NCBI GenBank assembly: GCA_025558095.1 | Contig: JAIVFI010000022.1 | Coordinates: 372,001 to 436,000 of the forward strand | Direction: 5' to 3' | DNA: 64,000 nucleotides | Source of the DNA: Hyaloraphidium curvatum SAG 235-1 | Taxonomy: Eukaryota > Fungi > Monoblepharomycota | In this document: in pieces, positions 25,215-39,156 of the stretch | Layout: each line of letters opens with the position of its first letter | How positions within the stretch are numbered: the stretch's first letter is position 1 | Made by a program: the position numbers and the translations under genes | The notes under the pieces: model-generated | What the model was told of the DNA's origin: nothing | The model's input: only the letters and a program-made list of their open reading frames with translations | The model's database searches: none

Positions 25215-27653
25215 ATGGTAGACACGGCCACCTTGAAGGACTTGGCCCGTCGGGACCTGGTTGCGGCTCTGGACTCGGTGCGAAACGCGTCCCCACGCGT
25301 GCCGAGTCCCTGACGATCGCCGGGTCTCAGGTCCCAGGCCCGAAAGCGCTGCTGATCGATCCGGAACTGAGCGGACCGCTGTCTCTGATCGCGGAATTCT
25401 CGCTCCTCAAGGCATGTGCGAAATGCTGCGTGGGGCCTTTCGGGTGATCGAACGGTCTTTCGACCCCAGGAGCACGGAGTTCAGAAGATTTACTTCTTGC
25501 AGACCTTGGCTGTCGATGCGGATGCACCTGCCGTGTTTTATCTGTGTCGTCCGAGGATCGACCACACGAGGACTGTGGCTAGTGAGGAGACTGAACCGGG
25601 AGCAGGGCCAGTGTGTTTAGCTTTCGCTTTCTGGGCCAGGTCAAGTTCGCAATACGTCCTCGGGAGGGAGGAAAGCTCAGCACCACCTCTACTTTGTGCC
25701 TCAACGGACCAGCGCCTGCGTCCGCGAGCTCGAGGAGCAGGGGGTGTTCGGCGACGTCGTCATTGGCGACTACAACCTCGACCTCGTCCCTCTGGAGCGC
25801 GATGTGCTTTCGCTCGAGGCCGGCAACAGCTTTCGCGATCTTTATTTGGTTGGTTGCGACGGCGTTGTGGCTTCAGACGGCTCAATCTCTGGTTGCAGGA
25901 CGGCGACACCTCTTGTGTGTATCAGCTTGCTAAGAGCATCCTGAAGCTCGAAGCGATTTACGGCGAGATCCCGCGCGTCCTTGGGAAGGGCGAACATGCC
26001 AGGGTAAGGCACTGGTATCAGGTGGCTGGGACCACGTTGGGACGTGATGCCGGCTTCGCAGGCTCTTGTGGACATCCTGCAGCATTCCCGCGCCGCATTT
26101 GCTGGCAGCCCAGAGGCGGGGTCGGGATCGACAGGACCATCGCCGTTCGATGCCATGCTGGTCTTTGATCGAGGCGTGGATTTGGTCACCCCGCTGAGTA
26201 CACAGCTCACGTACGAGGGGCTCATCGAGGAGACTTTTGGCATCAATGCCAGTGCGTCTTTGACGAAGAGTGCGACCCATCGTTGCTTTGTGTGTAACCC
26301 TGCCTTTCAGCGTTTGTTGAGGTCGATGGAGCTTTGGTGGGGTCATCGGCACCCTCTGGATCGACCCACGCTGCGAAAACCCGCAAAGTGCCGCTCAGCT
26401 CGTCGGATCCGCTGTTCTCCCAGCTGCGTGACATGAACTTCGCCGTCGTGGGTTCAACGCTGAGCCAGATAGCCCGACGGATCCACAACAACTACGAGGA
26501 TCGGCATGCTGCAAAGACCATGTCCGAAGTGCGGGACTTCGTTGGTCGCCTTGGTCCCTTGCAGGCCGAGCACCAGTCGCTTCGCTTGCGTACGTTTGCT
26601 GTGACGTGGCTCGTTCGGTCCATTGCCGTAACGCTACCTGCTTGCAGACACCAGCGTAGCGGAGGAGATAGCAAAGACCACTCGGTCCCCGGATTTCAAT
26701 GGCGCCCTTGAAATCCAACAGAGTGAGATTGCGAAGCCGCCTCTGAAGAAGTGCTGGCGCTCACGATCTCTTGATATCCAGATCTGGTAGCAGGCGTGGT
26801 GGCCACCGAGCAGATCGACTACCTCGAGCAGCTGATAGATCGCGACGCTCCGGTCGAAGGCGTTCTCCGTCTACTGGCCCTGATGTCGCAGGTGCAGAGC
26901 GCGCTGAAGCAAAAGACATACGACCACTTGCGGACGGAGCTGGTTCAGGTGTGCTGTGCCGACAGCCTAGAGTTGGACTTACCGACAACTCGTTTTGCCC
27001 AGACGTACGGTTTCAAGCACATTGTCACCCTGCAAAACATGGAACGCTCGTCTCTGCTTCGCCGGGGAGACGTTCCCGGGCAACCGGCTTACTCGTCAGC
27101 GCTGCGTAAGGCGTTGCGACTCGTCGTTGACGATGTCAACGAACAAACCCCAAACGACATATCGTACGTCTACTCCGGTTTTGCACCCATAATTGTTAGG
27201 CTGGTGGAAAGCGCTTTCCGACAACAAGATACCCCGGGCAGCAAGGGAAGCGCAGCGGCACGCTCAGCTCCCACGTGGCGTGGACTGGACGACACACTGA
27301 AACTCGTCGGCGGTGGAGCACCGTTCGAACGCGATTTCCGGGGAGCAAAGCCGGCTGTATCTGCAGGCTCAGGTGCTTGATTGCCCGGTGCTTCCACGTG
27401 GGCGGCATTCTCATCGATGCTCCGGGCGGAAGCAGATCGCACGCGCGTCGTCCTCGTTGTCTTTGTCGGCGGCTGCACCTACACGGAAATCTCCGCCCTC
27501 CGATTCCTCAGCCAACAGTCTGCTGGTATGTGCTTCCCGACCGTCGCCTCCTGCGCCTGACGCCGGCCACGTGCCCAAGGCGCACGAACCTTCCTCGTCG
27601 TCACAACCGATATCGTTAGCGCACCCCGGCTTCTGCGCTCCATGATGCTGTAG
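25215..27653 (+). CDS. VPS33: Sec1/Munc18-family vacuolar sorting protein Vps33
   Basis: [88 protein letters not shown]. Confidence 0.95.
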
Positions 27654-27672
27654 ATTTGCTATGTACGCCCAT

Positions 27673-28491
27673 TCAAGAGGAGCGTAGAGCATAGAGGACC
27701 AGCATGAATGTCGTGAGGACGCCGGCAAAGTGCACGATTTGCGGCAGCGTGTAGGTCTCGGGAGCAGCAGATGGCGGCTTCTTGGCCGTTCGCGTGCCTC
27801 GTTCCTTCCGCGGCGCCGTGCTATTGGTGTCCGCTTCTCCATAGTGCGACTCGTAGTGTGCTTCGTGGTTGAACCCTCCTGTGGACCGTCCCCTGAAGGA
27901 GCCTCGGTGCCCGATCCTAAGGAAATGTCCGCCGAACCGGCACGTCCAACGTACCCGTGGTATGCCTCGCCTCGTGATTGCGGATCGTGTCATGCTGCCG
28001 GAAGTGCCGCGACGCGGCGGGCCGTCGGGGCCCGTAGCCCGTAGAGCGGGAGCCGGTATGGTGCGACGTGTCGCGGTGTACATGACCATGTGGAAGGCTC
28101 AGATCGTACTCCCTCCTCTTGCGATCGTCTGAGAGGATCTTGGAGCGGGACGTCGATGAGGTCCGCGCTTTCCAGGAGCCTCATTCCAGGGCACCTCGTA
28201 GGCCTCGCTTATCTTCACAAACTCCTTGTGCGCGTCCGCGTTCCCCGGGTTGCGATCCGGATGGTGCTTCTTCGAAAGCTCGTAGAAGGCGTGCTTGATC
28301 TGCCCACGAGAACGTTGGCATGTACTAGGACAGATTCCGGGAGGGCCAGCCTGCACCTCTTTCCGGTCGGCCCTGTGGCCCACTCCGAGCGCATCGTAGT
28401 GCGACCGGTGTCTGGCACGTTGGGGAGCAGAAACAGAGAAGAAACGCTGCAGGTAGAGCCGCGTGAACGCCGCGGAATGTCGACAGGACAT
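27673..28491 (-). CDS. DnaJ-domain protein with presequence-like N-terminus and C-terminal hydrophobic segment
   Basis: SHYDALGV...IKHAFYELSKKHHPDRN...FVKISEAYE (HPD motif); C-terminal IVHFAGVLTTFMLVLY; exon ends approximate. Confidence 0.8.
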
Positions 28492-28651
28492 GAAATCGGG
28501 CTGCGGAGGTCGGCGCGGCGTCCGATCGCGCGCAGCCAACGCGCAGCTCACGCGCAGCTCCGCGGCTCCGCAACGCAGCAGCTCTTGCTTGCTTTGTCCT
28601 GCCCCCAAAGCTGTCGGGGCAAGCCTCCTCTGTTTCCGCCACCATCCGACG

Positions 28652-29267
28652 ATGTACATTCCCGTTCAGTCGCTCTCCGAGGTGAAGAGGTGGCCCTCAT
28701 GCCGGCGTGGGCTGGCTGGCACAGGACTCACTCCCTCGCAGCCTCAAGACCGGGCCGACGGCGCCGAGGAAGTGCCAAAAGTGCCATTCGACGAAGCATT
28801 TCACGTACCAATGCACGCACAAGGCCCCCGTCTACGTGAGCAGGCCGTCGAGGACGCAGCTGCTTTCCAAGGGTCCCGGAAAGAGCGGTGCGACGGCATC
28901 GCCCGTGCCAGAGGCGGTGGACACGCGCGGTCTAGCCGACCAGCTTCTGAAGGAAAAGGAGAGGAAGCGCAAGGCGTCCTCCGAATCGGACTCTTCGGAC
29001 ACGGACTCCAGCTCCACATCGTCGACCAGCTCCAGCTCTTCTAGCACATCAAGCTCCGGGACGTCGTCGACGTCGGACAGTAGCTCGTCCAGCAGTGGAA
29101 GCGACTCGGATACGTCGTCGAGCTCTGGTAGCTCTCGCGCCTCAAAGGGACGGGCACGACGGAGAAGGCGGGACAGTTCCTCGAGCTCGAGCTCCTCCGG
29201 GGACAGGTCTCGCAAGCGGCAACGGAAAAGCCGATCTTCCTCCTCCTCCTCCTCATCCTCGGGATGA
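28652..29267 (+). CDS. ZCCHC10-like zinc-knuckle protein with Ser-rich tail
   Basis: CQKCHSTKHFTYQC...YVSRPSRTQLL followed by poly-Ser and Arg-rich tail; intron 28690-28741. Confidence 0.8.
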
Positions 29268-29318
29268 TGCGGTTCCAGTCTCTACTGTGGCATCAAAGCT
29301 GAAATGTACATGGTGTCC

Positions 29319-30374
<1,056 letters not shown>

Positions 30375-30611
30375 GGTTCCTCAGTGCTGTGGTCCGGCGA
30401 TGCGTTCGCAGCAGGAGTCCACGAGCAGAGGCACGAGCAAAGAGTCCCAAAGTGAGCCGGAAGTCAGCAGTCAATCGACACGGACACCTGCCACGCCGGG
30501 AAGTCTGGTGAGGCGAATGAGTGCTGGAAAGGGCGGACGCAATTTTTGGCAGGGGCTGCCAACCCCAGCCCATTGGCCACACTTGGCACGCGCAACCCCC
30601 CAGACGCCGCG

Positions 30612-31372
30612 ATGGGGGGAAGCAGCGGCGGCGGCGACGCGGACGAGATCATCGACAAGGTGCCGATTGCATCGTGCCGGAGAGGCGTGGACTCTGGGAC
30701 ATCTCGGGCTAACGGGACGCTGCCCTCCGACACTGTCCCCGCTTCGTGACTACCTACGCGATTGGTTCTGCCGCGCTCCCGGACGGCTCGGCTCCATTGC
30801 ATCGCTTGCTCAGACCATCTTCGAGCAAGTGGGTGTGGATGCGGAGCGCGGCGCGGCGCCCTGTCTGACGGAGGCTGCAGCTACTCGAGATGGACGAGGA
30901 TGACGAGGACCGCGAGTTCAGCCGCTCTATCGTCGTCAATTATTTCGAGCAGGCCACGCAGACGTTCGACAAGATGGTCGCGGCACTGTCGGTTGTCGCG
31001 CCGGCGGGCATCCGGGCACCGCCGATCTCACCGTCCCCGTCCAGAGACGAGAAGGACCTGCCGCAACTGTCGAAACTGGGTCATTTCTTGAAGGGGAGCT
31101 CGGCGGCTCTGGGCTTGCAGAAGGTCAAGTCCTCGTGTGAGAAGATCCAGCACTACGGGAACTTGAGGTCGGAGGATGGGAAGGACGAGATATCGGAAGC
31201 GGACGCGGTGGACCTGATCAAGAAACTGCTTGATCAGGCCAAGGGCGAGTACGAGGAGGTCAGTCGGTGCTTGCCCGGGCCTTGGCTCCCTCGCTCACCG
31301 CAGCATGAACCCGGGCAGGCGGAAGTGTGGCTGAAGGACTTTTACCACCTGGATGAGGATGGCGATTCGTAA
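30612..31372 (+). CDS. YPD1: Histidine phosphotransfer (HPt) protein Ypd1
   Basis: IDK|TIFEQ|LLEMDEDDEDREFSRSIV...LGHFLKGSSAALGL..V..SCEKIQHYG; includes a 15-nt microexon 30814-30828. Confidence 0.93.
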
Positions 31373-31811
31373 CGCCTCAGGCATGGGTTGTGGATCGGCT
31401 ACGGCATCCTCGGGGAGCATTCGTCTGTGGCGATATCGTGTGGCGGGATCTTTGGAAGGATACCGCGACCGTTGTAGACCCCGACCATCCGTGTAGTAGA
31501 CGTCTCTTGGTCCTGTCCTGGTAATGATCTCGATGCCTACAGCGCAGACGGGTATGCTGATGCCGATGTTGCGGGGGTGATCACTGAAGCCCGGGCGTCG
31601 GCGCGCCCACCCGCACGCGCCAATCATCCGAGCGACTCCCGAATCTCCAGCGCGCGGACGCCACGCCGATTCCGCGAATCCCGCGGCACTGCGGACCAGT
31701 GCGTTGCACTGGTCCGAGATTCACGTGAAGACGGTCAGCCAGCGGTCGGCGGACGGCGGCGCGACTCGGCAGGGCGACTCGTCCGCGCGGCGGCGGGCAG
31801 CGGATTCGGGG

Positions 31812-33888
31812 ATGCAGACCTCCCTTCGCGCGTTCCTGCCCGTGCAAAAGGGCAGGGCAGCCGCTTCAAAACCGTCGCTAAAGGTACGCGCAGTCATTGT
31901 CCGGCGTATATTGTTCATGCCGACGTGCTGTCGCAGCGGAGCAGGGACTTCGTCGAGAACCAGCTTCACCCCCAGAACGAGGAAAACGACAGTCCGCGGA
32001 GAATCGTGCGTCCTCTTCGAGCTCTCGACTGCTTTGCTCCAGTAACCGACGTGATTGCGTTGGGCAGGCCTCTCCGCGCAAAAGGCCACGGGGCCAAAAG
32101 GACTCTCCCGCGGACGCTCTAGCTCGCAAGGCGCACGACCTCCTAAGGGAGACTGGGAAGCATCCAGCCTTTTTCACAGTCGACGGCGAGGATGTTGAGG
32201 ATTCTGCAGGAACCGCCCCCTTGGCGGGGTCGGAGAGCACGGTGGTTGAGGATCCGAGCCCTCCACTGTTGGTGGGCCCGGGCAGTCCGCCAGCCGCAGA
32301 CCTCCAAGAAGCGACACGTGATGCCATCTTGGAGTCCACAACGGAAGAGCAAGAGCCCATCAATGAACTTCCAAATGGCGGGACGCACTCCATCTCTGTA
32401 CTATCTCGCCCTTTGGACGACACCTCAACGAGCGATACTGTCGGAGAGGATGAATGGAACGAACCGTTTGTGTTGTGGAATGCGGTGCCGATGATTCCCT
32501 GGGATGTGACTGGGCGCTCCTCAGACCACCTCCTTCACCTACGCGGTCCGTCGTTCTTCCTATGGCTTCTGGACATGCTCTTCCCGCCTACCTGCGGCTT
32601 CAGTCCCGGACTACACTTCAGAAGCCGAGAGCACAGGCCTTACCACCCTCCTATGACCTGTTGCTGCGATTCTTCGCCGAGCTGGATCAAGTTGTTCGCC
32701 ACTGGCGATCACGGTCCCAGCCGTGCTTGCTTTCCAAATGCAAGAAGCACATCGAAAGCACCGTACGCCGGTCAGCAAACTCCTGTGGTGGTTTGGAGAA
32801 CGTTTCTGACGGAATCTGGCATCCACAGCACGTTCGAGATATGGCACCTGCAGCAGATTGCACATGTTTTCCCGGAGGCCTACATTTTCACAGCCCTGAA
32901 TCCCAACGGGAATTGGGAACGCGATCTGTCGCTTGTAGTGGCATTTAGGGACGACAGTCTCGATGCCGTGCAGACGGAACCGCTGCAAAACGTCGTCGCC
33001 TTTTTGGAACAGAGGCTTGGAACCTTCCATCAGCGTCTGCGAGCGTTCGCGCGCAGCACGGTACGACAGGCGCATGCGTAGGCTGAGGAGAAGCCAACCT
33101 TTCCCTAGCAGGCCGGTGCTCTTCCTGGTGACGATGCCCGCGACGCGGCGCAAGGCAGCGGTGTTGACGATGGTGCCCCGGAAATCCCACGGGCAACCAT
33201 TCCTTTGGCCAATCATTTCAAGGCCTCGTCGTCCGAACGGTCTCATGCACGGAAGGACCTTGCGCCGGATCCATCAGACGCTCAGGCTGCATTGCTACCT
33301 ATCAGCACACCGGAGGTGCCGGAGAAGCCGAGAGCAACGACATTGCTGGAACGCGTGGGTGTTGCCCAATCCCAAGCTGGGTGCCTGTAGTAATGCCCAA
33401 GACCGTTCACAGATCAGGCTTAAGGAACAGGAGAAGAAGGCCAAGATCCTCGCTTCCCGAGGTCCTGAACAGTCCAACTTGGGTGCCGCGGAGAGGGCAA
33501 TGAACAGCAGGATGCCGGAGGTGGCAAAGGCACTTTCTACGTTGGTGCTTGGTTTTCCTCGTCTGTGCAGTGACTCATTTCGCCTATAGCCTTTTCCACA
33601 TGCAGAAACGCACTGCTATGACCATGGCTGCCATCTCTGAGCACTTGACACGCAGTCTGAAGACACCACTGTCAACCGGTGAGCCAAGCAACGATTTTTT
33701 GCTTCCGCCTCTCATTGGATCACACCCTCTCAGTTGAAGCTTCAAATCATGTGATGCACCTCGCAGCCATGTGTCCCGAGTTTTGCACCATTGTGGATGG
33801 TGCATCGGGGAAACTTGTCAAGCTTCAACCAGGAACCAAACTTTCTCAGGTCATGGATGCTCTTGCCTGTAAAAGTGGAATCACTTAG
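31812..33888 (+). CDS. CDT1: DNA replication licensing factor Cdt1
   Basis: N-terminal PIP-degron-like MQTSLRAFLPVQK; LPPSYDLLLRFFAELD, R|TFEIWHLQQIAHVFPEAY, TLLER|IRLKE, C-terminal LAAMCPEFC. Confidence 0.8.
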
Positions 33889-34109
33889 TCTCTCATTGTA
33901 TGCTCATTCTGTTGCATTGGCCGAATTGATGCGAGTTGGCCTCTGTGCCTCTGGATTGCACCACCAACTTGCCAAGTCTCAGGTCATGGATGCTCTTGCC
34001 TGTAAAAGTGGAATCACTTAGTCTCTCATTGTATGCTCATTCTGTTGCATTGGCCGAATTGATGCGAGTTGGCCTCTGTGCCTCTGGATTGCACCACCAA
34101 CTTGCCAAG
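33844..34109. repeat. Perfect tandem duplication, 2 x 133 bp, covering the CDT1 stop codon and 3' UTR
   Basis: TCTCAGGTCATGG...CTTGCCAAG at 33844-33976 repeated at 33977-34109. Confidence 0.95.
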
Positions 34110-35520
34110 TGCATATATCTTTGTCGTGTGCTCTCTTTGCTCCACAAGGCAATTGCCACAGCAAATGCACGACAGGACAGCATGGAAAACAAAACGTGTG
34201 GAATGGCAAGCGCAGTAAACTGTGTGGCAAACTCACATTGATGGTCTGCAAGCTGGCAAGATTGCTTCTTGCCGCCCTGCTGGCATGCATGCTTCCCCAC
34301 TTGCAACCAGGAAAACGTGTAATACGGCCGAAGCCGCCCACAGATCGGAGAAAAGCAACTGCTGGTACTGAGTCAGGACGAGCAACAGTAGAATAGTATT
34401 GGTGACCCGGACCTGCCCCTGGCTTGGCCGCTGTTACACCATCAGTTTGCTGCTAGTTTGAAGTTTGTCGTCGTGCACCATCAGTTTGCTGCTAGTTTGA
34501 AGTTTGTCGTCGTGCATCTTTTTCATTTTCCCCATTTTCGGTCCTTCATGGACTTTGAGATGAAGCTGGCAATGGAGTTGAGGGCCTTCTCCTTCTGCCG
34601 CCTCACTTTGATCGTGGGCTCGAACTCCTTGATGCTAAGATCGAGAGCCCAGAGCCAGGTCTCCATGTTCGACTCGCGGCCCAGTGCTTACTTCCAGTCT
34701 GGTCTGCAGCTTCTGGCGCTGCTCTGCATTTGCTGAACAGTGGAACAGAAAATGTTGTTCGTCTCCAATGTGCTCAGGGTCATGTTTGCACATCCTCTGC
34801 TGCACCTCAAGTCCTTGGTGCCTGCCTGTCTCCACCTCCAGGTCGTGGGTAGAGCAGAGCAGCTTCTGGACGTCCCTCCGGTGCTTCTCCACCCGGATCA
34901 GGGACGGTGCAATGTGACCAAAGGTCATGTTGCACATCCTCCAGAAGTGCAGCTTGTCGTTGTCCTTGAGCTTTTGGGCTTTGATCTCCCTGAACTTGCC
35001 CTTCACAAGAGTCTCCACAGTCTCCTTGGCCCATGAAAAAGTGTCCTTCTCCCACATCTCCCTCCCCTCCTCTCCACCATAGTGTACAAGTAGTTCCCTC
35101 AGGAAGGCAGCCCAGTTCCAGGACCCCTTCAATGCCTCGATCTTGAGCTCTTTGTAAAGTAGGTACAGCGCAGGATCCGCTGTTTTGATGCGCATGAGGA
35201 ACTTGAGTGCCGACTCGTGGTCATGAACTGCAAGGGGGTACTGGCCAGTGATCGCATACAGACAGGCCAGGGAGGTAGACTTGGGCAGATGAGTGACGGC
35301 ACGAAGAGCCATGCATGTCACTTTGTCCCTGGTGCTTTCCCCGGCAAGGTACTCCTCCTTCGGCAGTACAGGAGCTTCACACGGTGAGGTATCCTCCTGG
35401 CCATCCACTCTGTTTTGCTGACGTTGATCTCCAGCCCGTTGGCACTGGCATATGCAGACAAAAGATCCAGCTGCATCTTGGCATCCTTCACTGTCTTCGA
35501 GATCAAAGTGGTGTTGTCTG

Positions 35521-35665
35521 TGTTGTGACGGACGACTGGTCCGGCCTCTAGCCGGTGTGGACGGAAGGATGCGTGACCCCTGTGTGTGGTGAATTCCGTC
35601 GTGTTGTGATTGGAGTTGGGGCCGCTTCTCTAAGTTGCCGCCAGCCTAACAACCTCGTCACAACA
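35521..35665 (-). repeat. 3' LTR of Copia A
   Basis: TG...CA with 10-bp terminal inverted repeats; matches 44935-45079. Confidence 0.95.
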
Positions 35666-35751
35666 ATGAACTTTGCAATTAGCAGCAAACTCATGGTGTA
35701 ACAGCGGCCAAGCCAGGGGCAGGTCCGGGTCACCAATACTATTCTATCTAC
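35666..35751 (+). mobile_element. 86-bp 3'-end fragment of the same LINE family inserted at the Copia A LTR/PPT junction
   Basis: Matches the LINE 3' end at ~52793-52872; flanked by 7-bp TSD CACAACA (35659-35665 and 35752-35758). Confidence 0.9.
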
Positions 35752-35924
35752 CACAACACTCCCCCCTCGAAGCGGGACCAACTCCTCCCCCCAACCTCCT
35801 TAGAGGTTTGAGCACCAAGCACCAAGCAGCGTGGCAAACCCGACCAAATCCACTGCTGCTGTTGTCTTTGTCCAGAGCGCCGCGGTTTTGCATATCGGGC
35901 ACAACGCTCTGTGGTGCAGTCCGT

Positions 35925-38884
35925 TTATCCCCGTGCATGCTCCCCCTGCGGCAAGAACATGGTGGTATCCAGGACTCCCAGATCTGTTCGTGATGGAATG
36001 AAGCGCTCTTTCGGCTGAGCTTTTGTCATGATGTCCGCAAGTTGTTTTCCGGATTCAATGTCCTGAACCACGATTGTTCCAAGTTCCTGTTGTTGTCGAG
36101 TTAAATGGTACCGAATTGCAATGTGTTTGGTGCGCTCATGGTGAACAGGATTGTAAACCAAGTCCTGTGCCGAAGCATTGTCTTCGTGGATGATGGTGGG
36201 GCCTGGCATTGGAAACCCCAGTTCCGCAAAAAGGGTGCGCAAGTACATCACATCCCTTGTGGCTAATGCCAGGGCAATGTACTCTGCTTCGGTAGTGGAT
36301 TGAGCCACAAGGCTTTGGAGTTTTGACTTGAAGGAAAGCGGGGCTCCACATGCCATGACGACAACGCCTGTGGTGGATCTGGCAGTGTCCAGATCACCTG
36401 CAAAATCCGCATCTGCAAAAGCTTCCAGCACCAATGGTTTGTTGCCATCAAACACGAGTCCAAATGCCCGGGTTTGACTCAAGTAGCGCAGGATTCTCTT
36501 TAGAGCCGCAATGTGCTCCTTTCCATAGTTCTGCAGGTACCTGCTGAGGTAGATGACAGCATATATATGCCATGTCAGGCCTAGTGCAAAGAGCTAGGAA
36601 AAGCAAGGAGCCAATGCATCCAGAGTAGTTGAACGATGCCATGACGTGCGTCCGGATCTGCAATGTCTGGCTTCCTAAATCTCTCGGAAGGGAGCAATGG
36701 TGATGGAGCATCCTTCAAAGAAATGGGAGTGGCAAACTTCTGGTTCTTGTTGAGATCGCCGGCAGCAAATTGCACTGCTTGCGTGGTGTTGGTAATGTAC
36801 TTCTCCAGGATCCTCTCTGCAAAGACTGTTTGCCTCAAGATGATTCTTTTGTTGGGTCTGTCACGGATGACTTCCACACCGCCGTAGAGCTGCACTTCAC
36901 CGAGAAAGCGTGATTCATATCGGTTCTCAATCAATGCAATGCACTCTCTGACGAATTCTGGTGGATGTCCCGTGCCACACACATCGTCCATGGTCACAAG
37001 AAGGATTGCAATCTCTCCTGAGTCGCCCTTGATGCGTGTGTACATGTTGGGGTCCGTTTCGCAGTTGTGAAAGCCGTCCTCTTTCATGTTGCGCTTTAGC
37101 TCACGCTGATACAGGTTGGCTGCCTGTTTGAGGCCATAGACCCCCCGCTTGAGTTTGAGAACGGGGTCCTTGAGAGACAAGTCCCTCCTTTGGTAAGTCT
37201 CGTGCATCTCAACGTAGAGGTCCTCCTCTTCTGCATTGGAATTCAAGAACGCGTTCTTGATGTCAAAATGGTAAAGGGGCCAGTCCATGTGTGCAGCTAT
37301 GGCACACTGTGATCTGAAGGCTGCATGGGTATGGCTGCAAAAGTCTCCCCGTAGGTCCCAGGAGCCTGGCGGTTGCCATCAACCACGTGACGTGCCTTGA
37401 ACCGTTTGGTGAGGTCTGGGTTGAGTTTGAGGTCGAACACGTAGTGGGATTTGAGAATTCGGTCCTCCTTGCCACGGGGCCTTTCAACCTCTTCCCAGAC
37501 TTCTTTGTCATTGAAAGCTCCATCTTCCACTTGAATTGCCTCATTCCATTTTTCCCATTCTGGCAAAAGCTTTGCCTCCGCAATTGATCTTGGGATTCGA
37601 ACCCCATCAATCACGTGCATTGGCATTCCAAAACCTCCTTGGCTCCCAAAGTCCATGTGCACTGGTCCATGGATTCCTGCCATAATTGCAGCTTGCAGGT
37701 GTGGGGCTTTCCACCATTCCCGGGGAGGCTGCTGTGCCCGAGAGGAATGACGCACAGGGCGATGAAAATCGTGCTGTCCATTCTGCTCTTGCTGTTCTTG
37801 TTGCTCATGCTGTGGAAGATTTTGCAGGTCTTGCTGCTGATGAAGATCTAGTGGCTCTTGTTCCTCCTCCCCCTGAGGCACTAGATCATCCGTTTGGATG
37901 AGATCAAGTAGATCCAACGTTGAAAGAGGTGGCGTTGCCGTGCTGTCGACAGCTTCCTTGCCTGGTTTTGAGGAAGTGGGTGCAAGGAAAGGGATAGTGC
38001 GTGCGCTATAGCGCTCATTTGGCACTATGGTTCGGACCGCCATGACTTTTCCTGAATCAATCAAACGAACCATGTGCCCTTTTGTGTTTGGAGCTCTCCC
38101 CAAGTAGATTGCTCGCGCACCACGTGGTGCCAAGGTAGTGAGTTCTCTGTCTCGCACTTGGGCCCAGCATTCCATCCCGAATGTATAGAAGTCTTCGACT
38201 GTTGGAATTTCTCCATTCCACAAAGTCAGAGGAACGGCGTTCCTTTTCCATGATTTGGTGGTTGGCACGCAGTTGAGGACGTGCCCTGCATGGGTGGCGG
38301 CAAAAGACCGCCATTCCTCAGAGGGTCGCTGTTCCCCTAACAGCATTGCACGGATCATTTTCTCAATCTTTTGAACTCCCCGTTCAGCAACCGAATTCAT
38401 TTGGGGATGTCCTGGGATGATGAGTCTGAACTGAGCCCCAATCTTATGGAGGTGTTCCTGGAGTTCCTTCATGTTGGCTTCATTGTCCGCATGGAGGTTG
38501 CCAAGAACGTATCCATATTGATTCCTGGCGTGTTCGCTGAATCTGATGATTGTCGATGACATTTCAGAGCGAAGGGCCAAGTTGAAAGTGGCAAGAAACG
38601 GAGTGTCCTCGTCGAAAATGATGAGAAGATGACGCTTGCCATCTAGGGATCTAGGGAAATTCACGGCCATATCCGTATGTGCAACGTGTAATCGCCTTTT
38701 TGCCGTGCGAATCGGGTGAGGCGGGTATGGTTCTGAAACCATTTTTGCCCGTATGCATGAGTCGCAGTTCTCATGATCTCCTATGGCTCCCAGTTTAAAT
38801 TTGTCAAGACCTTGGATGAGGTTGTGTAGTTTCATGCGTCGGAGCGTGTCAAGTGACACATGGCCGAAGCGGGCATGGATGAGG
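35925..38884 (-). pseudogene. Copia A pol remnant (integrase-RT-RNase H) with frameshifts; protease part continues at 44465-44921
   Basis: HARFGH, MNSVAER, FDIKNAFLN, YGLKQA, TMDD, ADADFAGD, AQSTTEAEY, HERTKHI, QLADIMTK; frame breaks near 37300 and 36570. Confidence 0.9.
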
Positions 38885-39108
38885 TGTTGGAGTGGCTATG
38901 GGGCGTGGGGAAGACGTAGCCCCAGTGGTCTGAACCGGGTCAGAACTCAGATGGACGGGATGGGGAGAGGGACAGTTTCACGTTGACCCGTTGTCCATTC
39001 CCTTGCGATGACAAGTCCCTAGATGACCCCTCCGGTCGTACCCAAGTATCCCCACACGCCAATAGACTCCCTATTGATACAGAATCGTAGCAACGATCCA
39101 TTCCAACA
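38885..39108 (-). repeat. 3' LTR of Copia B
   Basis: TGTTGGA...TCCAACA, matches 44236-44459. Confidence 0.97.
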
Positions 39109-39156
39109 CTCCCCCTCGTTGTAAGATTCCCAAGAAGTGTCCAGAAATCCCCAAAG

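Noticed and set aside
33844-34514. CRISPR-like array from the local repeats (133-bp and 39-bp units)
   Set aside because: These are simple two-copy tandem duplications without unique spacers, there are no cas genes, and the context is eukaryotic.
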